From the sequence record KC295538: a stretch of 64,000 nucleotides of DNA. One strand, 5' to 3'. The translations under genes and the position numbers were made by a program. Below the pieces are notes generated by a model. The model was not told where the DNA came from and searched no databases. It was given only the letters and a program-made list of their open reading frames with translations. Shown here in pieces: positions 31,299 to 40,641 of the stretch. Numbering within the stretch: position 1 is the first letter of the stretch; every line of letters starts with the position of its first letter. This DNA is from Escherichia phage PBECO4.

Positions 31299-31753
31299 TT
31301 CACCACCATTGGATTTTGCGACTGTATATTAAAAAGGGATAATACAAAAGTACTCAATTTTTCGAAACAATCTATTAATACATTTAACTCATCATAACTA
31401 ACACCAATTTCACGAATAAGCGATTGTTGAAAGAATCCTTCTTCGGTTAACGTTAAACTACTAACCTCAGTTATGTTATAATAACTTTGGGATGTTGTGG
31501 TTGATATTATTTGTATTGCAATCGTATCTGATGTTGTGTTGTACAGATATAAATATTTTGTTTTTCTTTCCAATGGATCTATACATGAAAGATCGATCAT
31601 GTCATAGGTTTTTCCAATAAAAATATTACAATCATCTGACAATTCACAACAAATGCGTATATGTTCTTTCGGGTCATGAACACGTTGTGTGTCAAATTCA
31701 CATGACATTGCAATTTCAAAATGATTTTTTATTTCGTCAACATTCATCTGCAC
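31292..31753 (-). CDS. EExxFxQxST-motif family paralog
   Basis: C-terminal LTEEGFFQQSLIREIGVSYDEL. Confidence 0.55.
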   Translation of the reverse strand: MQMNVDEIKNHFEIAMSCEFDTQRVHDPKEHIRICCELSDDCNIFIGKTYDMIDLSCIDPLERKTKYLYLYNTTSDTIAIQIISTTTSQSYYNITEVSSLTLTEEGFFQQSLIREIGVSYDELNVLIDCFEKLSTFVLSLFNIQSQNPMVVKC

Positions 31754-32121
31754 CCACCATTAATTCTTATATTTGTATAGTTTAATGCTTTTTTAATAAT
31801 ACCAATTTCTGTAATTCCTATTACATTTTTCTCAATCAATGACAATTGGAATAGTTCCTCTTCGGAAATATCAATACTGTGAATTCTTGTACAATAATCG
31901 TTGAAGTCATATACATATCGTATTGTATAGTCGTTTATAGAAACTGATACAATTGCAATCCCATCATGGATGTAAGTTAGTTCATTTGAGTATCTATTAA
32001 AAATTAACCTATCTGGTGAACCTAATGGTAGTTGAAATGTATTTCTAGTATCTTGAACAATAACAAAATCATCATCTATATTTTTACTCAGAACACCCAA
32101 AATATCATATATAGTAGTCAT
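31744..32121 (-). CDS. EExxFxQxST-motif family paralog
   Basis: C-terminal ISEEELFQLSLIEKNVIGITEI. Confidence 0.55.
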   Translation of the reverse strand: MTTIYDILGVLSKNIDDDFVIVQDTRNTFQLPLGSPDRLIFNRYSNELTYIHDGIAIVSVSINDYTIRYVYDFNDYCTRIHSIDISEEELFQLSLIEKNVIGITEIGIIKKALNYTNIRINGGCR

Positions 32122-32122
32122 G

Positions 32123-32527
32123 TTATTCTTTACCTTCAGCAGTTCTGATAATTTTCATAACTTCTCTGGATAGTGCGTATATTTTTTTATAGTACTCAAA
32201 TGTAACTGAACCAAAATCATTAATAGTACTAGCCATGAAGAACGATTCTTCTGTATATAGTTCATTTGACAAAGCAACCAGTTCTTGGTGAAATTTTGCG
32301 TCCTTCCAATAACGAAATTCAAAAACAAATTGTCCGTCATGACCGACTCTACAACATTCAGAACGATCACTGTCTACACAGCTAAACACAATATCCCTTT
32401 CAGAGTCGTACCAGATATTTCCAATATTTGTTTCAATAACAGCATAATCAATTTTTTTAGAATTTGGAATTAAACCTTTTTTCACCAGCACTAAACTGGT
32501 ATTGTCAATATCTAGTAAACTTACCAT
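32123..32527 (-). CDS. EExxFxQxST-motif family paralog
   Basis: C-terminal YTEESFFMASTINDFGSVTFEY. Confidence 0.55.
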   Translation of the reverse strand: MVSLLDIDNTSLVLVKKGLIPNSKKIDYAVIETNIGNIWYDSERDIVFSCVDSDRSECCRVGHDGQFVFEFRYWKDAKFHQELVALSNELYTEESFFMASTINDFGSVTFEYYKKIYALSREVMKIIRTAEGKE

Positions 32528-32528
32528 A

Positions 32529-32939
32529 TCAATTCCTCATTACTAAAGTGTTTTTAATCTCTAACAATTCACTATACATCTTCTTGAATTGTAATATATC
32601 TTCAAAAGTAATACCACCAAGATCATCAACTAATGAACGTTGGAATAAAGATTCACTTGTTTGTAATGTATCTAAATCGGTGATTTTTAATAAAGAACTT
32701 GGATTAAGTGTTTCGACTAGTAGTATGTTTTTGTATGGTACATATGTGATCTTGATGTTCTTTTTATAATTAATCTTATAAAATCGCATAATTGACGATT
32801 CATCACTTAGTTGGATAATTGGGTCGTCTTGATCATTAGACCACCATACAGTACTAGTCATATGATTGACGTGGTGGTTCAATTCTGATATGTCCAAATC
32901 TAAAAAATATTTTAGTTCATTGTGTAAATCTAAACTCAT
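32529..32939 (-). CDS. EExxFxQxST-motif family paralog
   Basis: C-terminal QTSESLFQRSLVDDLGGITFEDI. Confidence 0.55.
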   Translation of the reverse strand: MSLDLHNELKYFLDLDISELNHHVNHMTSTVWWSNDQDDPIIQLSDESSIMRFYKINYKKNIKITYVPYKNILLVETLNPSSLLKITDLDTLQTSESLFQRSLVDDLGGITFEDILQFKKMYSELLEIKNTLVMRN

Positions 32940-32993
32940 AATTTATCCTCAATGCAGCATCATCATGTATTGTAGGATAAACCCACAATAATG

Positions 32994-33389
32994 TCAAGAT
33001 GTGAAATAATTATACCAGTAATATAGTTCTTTTAATTCTTCAGTACTGAACAATACTTCTTCTATTGTAGATTGTTGAAAGTGATATTCATCATTTAGAT
33101 ACATAGAAATATTACTATATACTTTCCTATTGTATTGACATAAAAAAGAAGTTTTTTGATTAATGTATTCAGTAAATGTTAATTTATCTAACTCAATATC
33201 GAATGATAATTTAATAATATGAGTATTATCATTTACATACATTAGTTTCTTTGAAAAATGATCAATTGTAATATATTCTTTATGAGAGAACTGAAATATA
33301 TTATTAAATTTATTACCATTTGTGCTTCTAAATTTTTCAAGGTAATAAGAAAGTGGTTTAATTATTGAAGTTCCAATATTGTTCTTCAT
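32994..33389 (-). CDS. EExxFxQxST-motif family paralog
   Basis: C-terminal NDEYHFQQSTIEEVLFSTEEL. Confidence 0.55.
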   Translation of the reverse strand: MKNNIGTSIIKPLSYYLEKFRSTNGNKFNNIFQFSHKEYITIDHFSKKLMYVNDNTHIIKLSFDIELDKLTFTEYINQKTSFLCQYNRKVYSNISMYLNDEYHFQQSTIEEVLFSTEELKELYYWYNYFTS

Positions 33390-33408
33390 ATATCCTCAAT
33401 TTTAGATA

Positions 33409-33433
33409 AGAAAAATGCCCCGAAGATCGGGGC
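33409..33433 (-). terminator. intrinsic terminator-like hairpin
   Basis: gccccg-aagat-cggggc preceded on plus strand by A-run (T-run on minus). Confidence 0.45.
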
Positions 33434-33549
33434 AGTACTAAAATGATTTTGTACCAAAAGGGGAATAAGAACAAAATGAAAATATAATAACGCATCATTA
33501 TTATGTAAGGGAGGAAAGTAACATGATATGTTAACCATTTCTGGTATAT

Positions 33550-34101
33550 TTATTTATCATTTAATTCTTTAAGTTGGGTTTGTATATCTTTAGTTATATT
33601 TCGAATTTTCTTAAAGCAATAAACACTATCGTCCAATTCGATTTTAAGTTCATGTGTAAATGCATACAGAAGTTCAGCAAATACTAAATCTTGACGCATC
33701 CAGTTTCCATCTTTATATAAAGTCATTACACAATATGGGCATTCACTATTAGAAGTTTGCTTTCCAATAAAAACACTTTGAATTGATTCATGCTTAAAGC
33801 CAATAAAACTTTCATTTATTTTTTTAATTTCAGTACTGATATCGAATTTAGCACTGGTGTTGATTGCAAAAATTTTATTCCCACTTTCATCAGTATTGAT
33901 ATTGAGTTCAATATCACTACCTAGTTTACGTACTGCTAGAGTATAAAGAAGTAATTCATACATGTCGTAACTTGTTACATTACCATTTGGTGCAATTACA
34001 TCAACACTAACACCGTGCATTTTTACTTCTGTATTAAATCCATCTTTATCAGAAAGAAAATCAGTGATTTGCTTTGTAAGGATTTTAATTTGGTCTATCA
34101 T
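33550..34101 (-). CDS. hypothetical protein
   Basis: 183-aa ORF. Confidence 0.5.
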   Translation of the reverse strand: MIDQIKILTKQITDFLSDKDGFNTEVKMHGVSVDVIAPNGNVTSYDMYELLLYTLAVRKLGSDIELNINTDESGNKIFAINTSAKFDISTEIKKINESFIGFKHESIQSVFIGKQTSNSECPYCVMTLYKDGNWMRQDLVFAELLYAFTHELKIELDDSVYCFKKIRNITKDIQTQLKELNDK

Positions 34102-34121
34102 ATTTCATTTCCTTATGTGAT

Positions 34122-34147
34122 AAAAGCCTCCATTATGGAGGCTTTTG
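34122..34147. terminator. intrinsic terminator hairpin (possibly bidirectional)
   Basis: aaagcctcc-attat-ggaggcttt with flanking A/T runs. Confidence 0.55.
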
Positions 34148-34154
34148 TATTTAC

Positions 34155-34583
34155 TTAGAGAGATTCTTCGTATTCAGCAACAATCCCAACCATTTCATTA
34201 ATGAACTTGATGTGAGAATGTGTCACTGTACGGAAGTCGTAAACAAGTGACTGTTGGAAAAATACATCTTCATCAAGAGAACCATCAAAGTTCAAATCAA
34301 TGTTTTCATCGTCATTGCTTGGTGCAACTTTAATATTCAGAAGATTTTCATCAACTGCAAGTTTTACAACACAACCCAGTGCAATGGCAAGAACATATGC
34401 TGGTTTCTTAGCTTTTTCATTACGGAATGGTGCACGTAGAGCACAAAAAGTACTGCTAATCTCATCATTTGGTTCTTTGTATTTAACATTGACCATTAGT
34501 TCTTCGATTTTGACGCTCTCAATAACACGACCAGTTTCTGGAGCGAAGAAAGAATGTTCACGGATAGTTTGTTCGATATTCAT
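34155..34583 (-). CDS. EExxFxQxST-motif family paralog
   Basis: C-terminal SLDEDVFFQQSLVYDFRTVTHSHI. Confidence 0.55.
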   Translation of the reverse strand: MNIEQTIREHSFFAPETGRVIESVKIEELMVNVKYKEPNDEISSTFCALRAPFRNEKAKKPAYVLAIALGCVVKLAVDENLLNIKVAPSNDDENIDLNFDGSLDEDVFFQQSLVYDFRTVTHSHIKFINEMVGIVAEYEESL

Positions 34584-34586
34584 ATA

Positions 34587-34781
34587 TTATTCCTTATTTA
34601 GATTGCTAAAAATACGAAGATTGCGGTTTGCTTTAAACTGTTTCAAATCACCAAATCTATCATCAACGATGAAAGTTGCTGATTTCTTTGACTGACATAT
34701 TGTACAAATCAACATACCTTGTATTGTATACTCAGTTGAGCAATTTGTACAGTACTTTTTTTCATAAAGTTCAGTACTCAT
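34587..34781 (-). CDS. small zinc-ribbon protein
   Basis: 64 aa; CTNC...CTIC two CxxC pairs. Confidence 0.45.
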   Translation of the reverse strand: MSTELYEKKYCTNCSTEYTIQGMLICTICQSKKSATFIVDDRFGDLKQFKANRNLRIFSNLNKE

Positions 34782-35113
34782 AAAACCTTCACATCAGTAC
34801 GTTTTTCTCTTTGTTCTTTTTTAACCTCATCAGTTCTAGTATCTTCTAATTGTAACACAACTTCTTTTAGAATGTCAACATCAATTGTTGCTTCTACATA
34901 TTGATAGTCGTTTACACCAAAAACATACTTTACTGCAACCCATACACGGTTATACCATTTTAAAAAAGGATTTAAACGCATACTTATCAGACATTGACCA
35001 AGTTTATCATCTCCATATTCCTCTGTCAAGTCAAATTGTGCAATGTGAACGCAATGCTCCATTTTATCGCCACAAGAACAACGTAAAATATACTCTTTAC
35101 TATCTTCACTCAT
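34778..35113 (-). CDS. hypothetical Cys-rich protein
   Basis: 111-aa ORF; CSCGD...HC motif. Confidence 0.45.
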   Translation of the reverse strand: MSEDSKEYILRCSCGDKMEHCVHIAQFDLTEEYGDDKLGQCLISMRLNPFLKWYNRVWVAVKYVFGVNDYQYVEATIDVDILKEVVLQLEDTRTDEVKKEQREKRTDVKVL

Positions 35114-35532
35114 ACTGGATAAGCCTTTAAAAATTGTTTAAGAACTCCAAACTTAGATGAATCGTAATCGTATTGATAGTTAAGCTCTCGCTTATCATTC
35201 ATACGATACACCATATGAAAATTTGGATAACCAATTCTAACAGGTTTTTTAGGATTAGCAAGTAAAATTGCCCATTCTTTTACTGGAAATACGTTTTCAG
35301 TCAGCATTTTGATATTTGTTTCAAAATACTTCATGGCTTGCTTTCCGTGTTTGTAATCTTCTTCACTAATCTCTTGACAATCAATTCTATGTGTTTCGGT
35401 ATCTAACACCCATTGTTGATCTTCGGTATATAAATCAATTACATCATCAATAGTATAACTATCAGGTAAATCATAAAATACCCAATGAGATAAACCAGAA
35501 CTTACACCAATTCGAATTTTAAAGAACTTCAT
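35110..35532 (-). CDS. hypothetical protein
   Basis: 140-aa ORF. Confidence 0.5.
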   Translation of the reverse strand: MKFFKIRIGVSSGLSHWVFYDLPDSYTIDDVIDLYTEDQQWVLDTETHRIDCQEISEEDYKHGKQAMKYFETNIKMLTENVFPVKEWAILLANPKKPVRIGYPNFHMVYRMNDKRELNYQYDYDSSKFGVLKQFLKAYPV

Positions 35533-35691
35533 TCTTTATCACCTTTTACATAATTATAACACACGACACAGTGAATTACAAGAAGAATTATTTCCACAAT
35601 GTTAAGAGACAATACATGACTCTGCGGTGTGAAAAGTGCCAATAACAACATTATAGCAGGTATTGTGAATATTTTCCAAGTTTTTTTCATT

Positions 35692-35922
35692 TTATTCCTT
35701 TGTATATGCATATGGTAAAAATAAAACCTCTGCATTAGGAATGCATTGTGCCAATCCTTCAACAATAGATTTGTTTTTATTACATTGCCAAACTTTAGTA
35801 ATTTTATGTCTAAATACTTTTTTATCAACGACAATCCAGTACATGTCCATTTTAACAGTACTGTTATCAGATGGTGTTAGTAAAGTATCGATGTCATATG
35901 TATCAAAGATTTTGTCGTTCAT
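35692..35922 (-). CDS. hypothetical protein
   Basis: 76-aa ORF; competes with overlapping 35529..35834 frame whose C-terminal half looks like a small membrane protein. Confidence 0.4.
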   Translation of the reverse strand: MNDKIFDTYDIDTLLTPSDNSTVKMDMYWIVVDKKVFRHKITKVWQCNKNKSIVEGLAQCIPNAEVLFLPYAYTKE

Positions 35923-36181
35923 ATAATCTCCTAATAAAATATTCTCGATTCTCTCTTATATACCCAGATACACAGTTAGTTGTGGCTTGGTTAGTGAATG
36001 AAATCTCACTATTGGACACGCCATTTGCATCACACAAAGGACATATTCCCATGTACTTGGGGGTCGGGTAGGTGTCCAATTTGTATTTTTCATTACACAC
36101 CATGTACTGCTGTGGCAATACATCTAATATTATTTCATATTCTTCATCAAACACCTTGAAGCATACCCAACATTTACCCAT
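35903..36181 (-). CDS. small zinc-finger protein
   Basis: 92 aa; CWVC...CPLC. Confidence 0.45.
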   Translation of the reverse strand: MGKCWVCFKVFDEEYEIILDVLPQQYMVCNEKYKLDTYPTPKYMGICPLCDANGVSNSEISFTNQATTNCVSGYIRENREYFIRRLYERQNL

Positions 36182-36665
36182 TATAGTTTTCCTTTAACAC
36201 CGTTCTTATATATTCGAATGTTTTAACAAACCAATCATGTTCGTCGGATACATCTACAACTTTACCACCATATACATAGTAATGGTAAAAAGGTAACTTG
36301 CTTTTTCTTAATCTTTCGGCTAACTCTGGATTTTGAATTATCTTAGCACAAATAGCATCTTGAATAATAGAAATACAATCATCCGTCATTTCAATTCGAT
36401 CATGCATATATTTGTTAGCGGCTGCTTTTGCTGCTGCACCAGATACTTTTCTAAGGTCATCATGTTTTTGCCCAGTTAAAAACCAAAAGTAAAATGTTTC
36501 AACTGAAGGGAACCAACCATATGGTTCAAGTGTGAAGCTATGCGAAGAAAAGTTAGATAGATCTCTACCTAACTTAGTTCTAGCTTTACTATAAATGTTA
36601 ATGTGTCGGTATCCATCATCAGTAGGGTCAATAAAGTCAAATGACTCTTCTGGGAACTCAAACAT
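36174..36665 (-). CDS. NADAR/YbiA-like (DUF1768-type) protein
   Basis: 163 aa; alignable by eye to E. coli YbiA: INIYS...LSNFS...PSVETFYFW, later GAAAKAAANK and YVYGG. Confidence 0.7.
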   Translation of the reverse strand: MFEFPEESFDFIDPTDDGYRHINIYSKARTKLGRDLSNFSSHSFTLEPYGWFPSVETFYFWFLTGQKHDDLRKVSGAAAKAAANKYMHDRIEMTDDCISIIQDAICAKIIQNPELAERLRKSKLPFYHYYVYGGKVVDVSDEHDWFVKTFEYIRTVLKENYNG

Positions 36666-36667
36666 AA

Positions 36668-37021
36668 TTATTCTTCTTCTCCTGAAGGAGTTCCACGTAG
36701 TTTGTCAAAATCAACCCAAATACCATGCTGATTTTTAAATCTACATTTCTCATAGTACCAGCTATAGTCAGTTTCAACACCTTGTGATATAGATCTAACA
36801 CTACAATCATACATATTATATAAATGATCCCTGACAATATACGTATTAATCAGAATAACAAACAATACAATAATACCACAGACTTTAGGATGATCCATAA
36901 TCAAATCTAGAACGGAACTCGTTTCAGTACTGTCAATTTTACTACGACCGATGGCAACAGCTTTCAGTACTGCTAATGATACCAGTAATGAAATAACAAG
37001 AACACTCAAATAAATTAGCAT
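36668..37021 (-). CDS. hypothetical membrane protein
   Basis: 117-aa ORF; two hydrophobic helices. Confidence 0.5.
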   Translation of the reverse strand: MLIYLSVLVISLLVSLAVLKAVAIGRSKIDSTETSSVLDLIMDHPKVCGIIVLFVILINTYIVRDHLYNMYDCSVRSISQGVETDYSWYYEKCRFKNQHGIWVDFDKLRGTPSGEEE

Positions 37022-37023
37022 AA

Positions 37024-37605
37024 TTAGACTCCTACACCAAAACGTAAAAGGATGTTATTAACAAACACAAAATCAAATGGAGACTTTGGTTCAGATACCG
37101 AGTACTGAAAAGTTTCAGCGGAGAAACTTTCCCTATTGTGCCATGTTGATGAATCGATTAGTAATTGTTTATCACCAATTGACGTTGAATGTAATGGAAC
37201 GTGTGCTGATGAATTTATGGAATACGCATTTAGTTTTCCTTGTTCATCTAATGTGATACTAAGATAATATTTTTTCTCAATATCAGGAATAAGTTCTTTT
37301 GTATACGAATAGATTGAATCAACCCATTCATCATGTACATTTTCTGCACCAATCAGGTGTCCGAATGATAAATTACGTTTAACTGGCTTTGATCCTGGTC
37401 GAGTTAGAATGAATTGTTTTGTTAAGTAAAAATTATTATGTTTTACTTCAATATTAACATTTTTAAAATTCACAACTTTATCATATACATTTCGAAAAAC
37501 TGTTATATCCCAAGTACTAATTTCATCCATAATACTTATCACCAGTTCTTCTAGTTCTTGGATAAATGGCAAATCATCCTGATGAAATCTAGTCATGGTT
37601 TTCAT
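37024..37605 (-). CDS. hypothetical protein
   Basis: 193-aa ORF. Confidence 0.5.
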   Translation of the reverse strand: MKTMTRFHQDDLPFIQELEELVISIMDEISTWDITVFRNVYDKVVNFKNVNIEVKHNNFYLTKQFILTRPGSKPVKRNLSFGHLIGAENVHDEWVDSIYSYTKELIPDIEKKYYLSITLDEQGKLNAYSINSSAHVPLHSTSIGDKQLLIDSSTWHNRESFSAETFQYSVSEPKSPFDFVFVNNILLRFGVGV

Positions 37606-38203
37606 ATACCTTTTTCAAATTCATAATTTCTAGAATGCTGTATTCTTTATCACCAATCAAATCTTCAGTGAATGCAGTGGGGTCGGCATCGCTATACAAC
37701 TTACCATTGATGATAACACAACCATTACTAAGATACAATGCACTCATGATCTGTTGTCCTTCTTTCACATTTTGTGCTAGACCTGTATTTGTTACTACAA
37801 ATCCATTTGTTGCTAATGATGATGTTAGTTCTGACCATTCAACTGATATTAAGTCGCGATAGTCCTTAGATACTTTTATATTCACAATACAAGCAACTCG
37901 TTTAATAGGTGGAGTGCTAATCGTGTACATTTGTGGTTGTTGGTAATTAGAGTTGTATGTTTGTGGTGTTTTAACAGCAGTTCCTGAATTTTGAGTTGAT
38001 TTGGTAATTACTGGTTCTACACTGGGGACTGTTGTTCTTAGTGATATAATACGTCCAGTTTCATCCAATTTAAGGACTAAACGATGAGTTTCATCCTCAG
38101 AGTAATAGGGAAACAAGCCACCGGAATTCATATTTTGAAGCATTTTAATTAATTCATAAGTATTTTTTAAAAACATAGTACACCCCATAGAAAAGGGGAG
38201 CAC
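37589..38203 (-). CDS. hypothetical protein
   Basis: 204-aa ORF. Confidence 0.5.
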   Translation of the reverse strand: MLPFSMGCTMFLKNTYELIKMLQNMNSGGLFPYYSEDETHRLVLKLDETGRIISLRTTVPSVEPVITKSTQNSGTAVKTPQTYNSNYQQPQMYTISTPPIKRVACIVNIKVSKDYRDLISVEWSELTSSLATNGFVVTNTGLAQNVKEGQQIMSALYLSNGCVIINGKLYSDADPTAFTEDLIGDKEYSILEIMNLKKVYENHD

Positions 38204-38223
38204 AAAGTACTCCCAACATTTAA

Positions 38224-38778
38224 TTATAGTTTAATTGATTCTTGAATACCAGTATCCATTGCTTTCTTGGTACGTGTATCAGATACTACTGTACAAAGGT
38301 GTTCAATATTTTCACTTGGAAACGTATTCGAATCAAGAATTTTGGAATTCCAGAAGCCTTTGCGGAACTTAGCATAATCAGTACACTGGTCAATTTTCAT
38401 TTTCTGAAGATTGTTGAACTTTGTACGTCCTGCTTCAATTGTCACCATCAATTCCTGATAAATTTTAGGATCAAGATTTGGAACCTGTTGTTGAATCTGT
38501 GACATTACAAACTTCTGGTCAACACCTTCACGCCCTTTAAAGTATGACTCAATCGTTTCTTTCAACGCATTTTTGTACTTATCTGCTACTTGAACCTTAT
38601 CTTGAATAGTAAGAGTATAATTGCTAAGTTGACTTTCAGATGCATCATAGTACTTTTTAATGTTTCCTTCAAACTCAACTGCACGATCATGTGCACCAAC
38701 ATACATACTAATAGAACCAAACACCATTAGTACAATAACTACCAAAATACCAATTAACGCAAGGAGTTTACCATTCAT
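38224..38778 (-). CDS. membrane-anchored protein (tentatively LemA-like)
   Basis: 184 aa; single N-terminal TM helix then soluble helical domain; family assignment not verified. Confidence 0.45.
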   Translation of the reverse strand: MNGKLLALIGILVVIVLMVFGSISMYVGAHDRAVEFEGNIKKYYDASESQLSNYTLTIQDKVQVADKYKNALKETIESYFKGREGVDQKFVMSQIQQQVPNLDPKIYQELMVTIEAGRTKFNNLQKMKIDQCTDYAKFRKGFWNSKILDSNTFPSENIEHLCTVVSDTRTKKAMDTGIQESIKL

Positions 38779-39869
38779 AAATCGTTATCCCTCATATAAA
38801 GGCCAATGAAAATAGACAGAATCAACAAAACAATGGAAGCACCGATAAGAACATCTTTTCTAGGTTCCATTTTTACTGACAAGTACTCAAACTCTTTATT
38901 AGAGAGTCTCTCAAACTGTGTGTCAATATTATGTACTTCTTTAACTAGTAAGTCAAGAGTTAATTTTTCATTTAATGCATCAATACGCATCTTTGCATGT
39001 AACTCTTCATTCTTCATTCCTTGTGCAAATGATGTACTGTAAAATTTGACAACGTTACCATCATTGTCAATACCAAAGAACATAATAACATCATTCTTCT
39101 TACCACCACGCCACGATGCAAGGGTAGCATCAACAAAATCCACATCTTTGTAATCATAAACTAGTACTTGGATGTTTACCTGCTTTCGTGCACCCATCGT
39201 TTTTAGCTCATTACGAAGGTATTCATCGTAACCATCAACGTTGTAATTTGTAGTGTTAATTACGTGATGTGTTTTGTAATAATCAACTACACTTGGGTAT
39301 TCTGGAATAGTACTAAGATACTTTTCATCATACATGTTGTGTAGTTCTTCAGGACTAAACAATGAGTTCTTATCAGCAAATAGATAGTTGATATATGAAC
39401 TCTCTGCGGCGGCATAGTCACCAATCATAACTTGCTGCCAACGTGGTGGTGTCATTGTACCTTGACGGTTCACACGTTCAATCTCAAACTCACCTACTGT
39501 ACTTTTCACATACCAATCAACTTCATATGAGTAATCAAAAACCTTATATGATTCACACTCACGATGTGATTTACCTTTACTATCATATCGCGTATGGCAC
39601 TTCTCATGCCATGTATAGTGCTTACATGAACTAGATTGTGTGCAATATTCTTTGTGGCTGTATTTTGAAGTTACTTGACCATTCAGAATCTCAACATCAT
39701 AAAGCTGGCTATAGTTGATTGCGTATGAAATACCAAGAACAAGAGCCGCACCAACCAGACAACAACCAATATGAATCAATAGTTCTTTAGTACTGATATG
39801 CTTATCGTACATGTATTTCATAACGAATACAACGATAAGAGCAGGTATTAACAGAATAATGAAATTCAT
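38775..39869 (-). CDS. membrane protein with N- and C-terminal TM helices and Cys/His-rich core
   Basis: 364 aa; TM at both ends; CTQSSSCKHYTWHEKCH...HRECESY. Confidence 0.5.
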   Translation of the reverse strand: MNFIILLIPALIVVFVMKYMYDKHISTKELLIHIGCCLVGAALVLGISYAINYSQLYDVEILNGQVTSKYSHKEYCTQSSSCKHYTWHEKCHTRYDSKGKSHRECESYKVFDYSYEVDWYVKSTVGEFEIERVNRQGTMTPPRWQQVMIGDYAAAESSYINYLFADKNSLFSPEELHNMYDEKYLSTIPEYPSVVDYYKTHHVINTTNYNVDGYDEYLRNELKTMGARKQVNIQVLVYDYKDVDFVDATLASWRGGKKNDVIMFFGIDNDGNVVKFYSTSFAQGMKNEELHAKMRIDALNEKLTLDLLVKEVHNIDTQFERLSNKEFEYLSVKMEPRKDVLIGASIVLLILSIFIGLYMRDNDL

Positions 39870-39872
39870 GTA

Positions 39873-40562
39873 TTAATCCATTTTAAGCTTGTTTAGACAG
39901 AATGAAATCTGGATTGCTTCACGTGCTGCATCAAACAGTGGGTGATGTAACTCCAACCCATTAATCCCACACGTATTTACATATGTGATAAATTTATCCA
40001 ACTGTACCGAAACGATTTCATCCATTTCAATACGAGCTTCTTCATTCAATAAACGTTTCAATGTGCGTGCATTTTCAGGTGCATCATACTTCCACAACTC
40101 ACCAGCGTTCATTAGTTTTAAATGGTTTGCTTGTAAAATGCTACAATCGAAGTTACATCCGTTACCCCAGACTGAATGAGGAACTTCTTCACCATAATCA
40201 TTGTAACGTAATTCTTTCCAGAAATCAACAATACTACTGTATGCAAAAAATCGTCGTGATTGACCATTCGGTCCATACAGTTCAGGTGCTTTGAGTTTCA
40301 TAGTACTGGCAACTTCAGCATATGCATTAGGGTATTCTTTCTGACATGTATTCATCCAAAAATCCATTGCACCTGCGTCTGATTTTAAACCAGTAGCAAC
40401 TTGATCCTGGTATGGTAATTTAATATATAAGAACTGACGAATGTCATTTTCAGGTTTACTTGGAACTACTACTGCTGCGTAATTTGGGATAATAATATCA
40501 TAACCGGAAAGTTCAGGTGTTCCAAGAGCTTCAATATCAACACTAATATGACGACGTTTCAT
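39873..40562 (-). CDS. DEDDh 3'-5' exonuclease (DexA-like)
   Basis: 229 aa; Exo I SVDIEALG, Exo II VWGNGCNFDCSIL, Exo III HHPLFDA. Confidence 0.7.
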   Translation of the reverse strand: MKRRHISVDIEALGTPELSGYDIIIPNYAAVVVPSKPENDIRQFLYIKLPYQDQVATGLKSDAGAMDFWMNTCQKEYPNAYAEVASTMKLKAPELYGPNGQSRRFFAYSSIVDFWKELRYNDYGEEVPHSVWGNGCNFDCSILQANHLKLMNAGELWKYDAPENARTLKRLLNEEARIEMDEIVSVQLDKFITYVNTCGINGLELHHPLFDAAREAIQISFCLNKLKMD

Positions 40563-40641
40563 AAGTTAGTTCCTTATCTGTACATTAAAAAGAGTGCGTT
40601 TTCAATAAGATTATATTAAAAACGCACTCATATGTCAACTA

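Noticed and set aside
35529-35834. 101-aa ORF overlapping 35692..35922
   Set aside because: The N-terminal half overlaps the 76-aa ORF in another frame; only the C-terminal ~53 aa (from MKKTWK, roughly 35529..35690) looks like a plausible small membrane protein, so the full-length call was not adopted.
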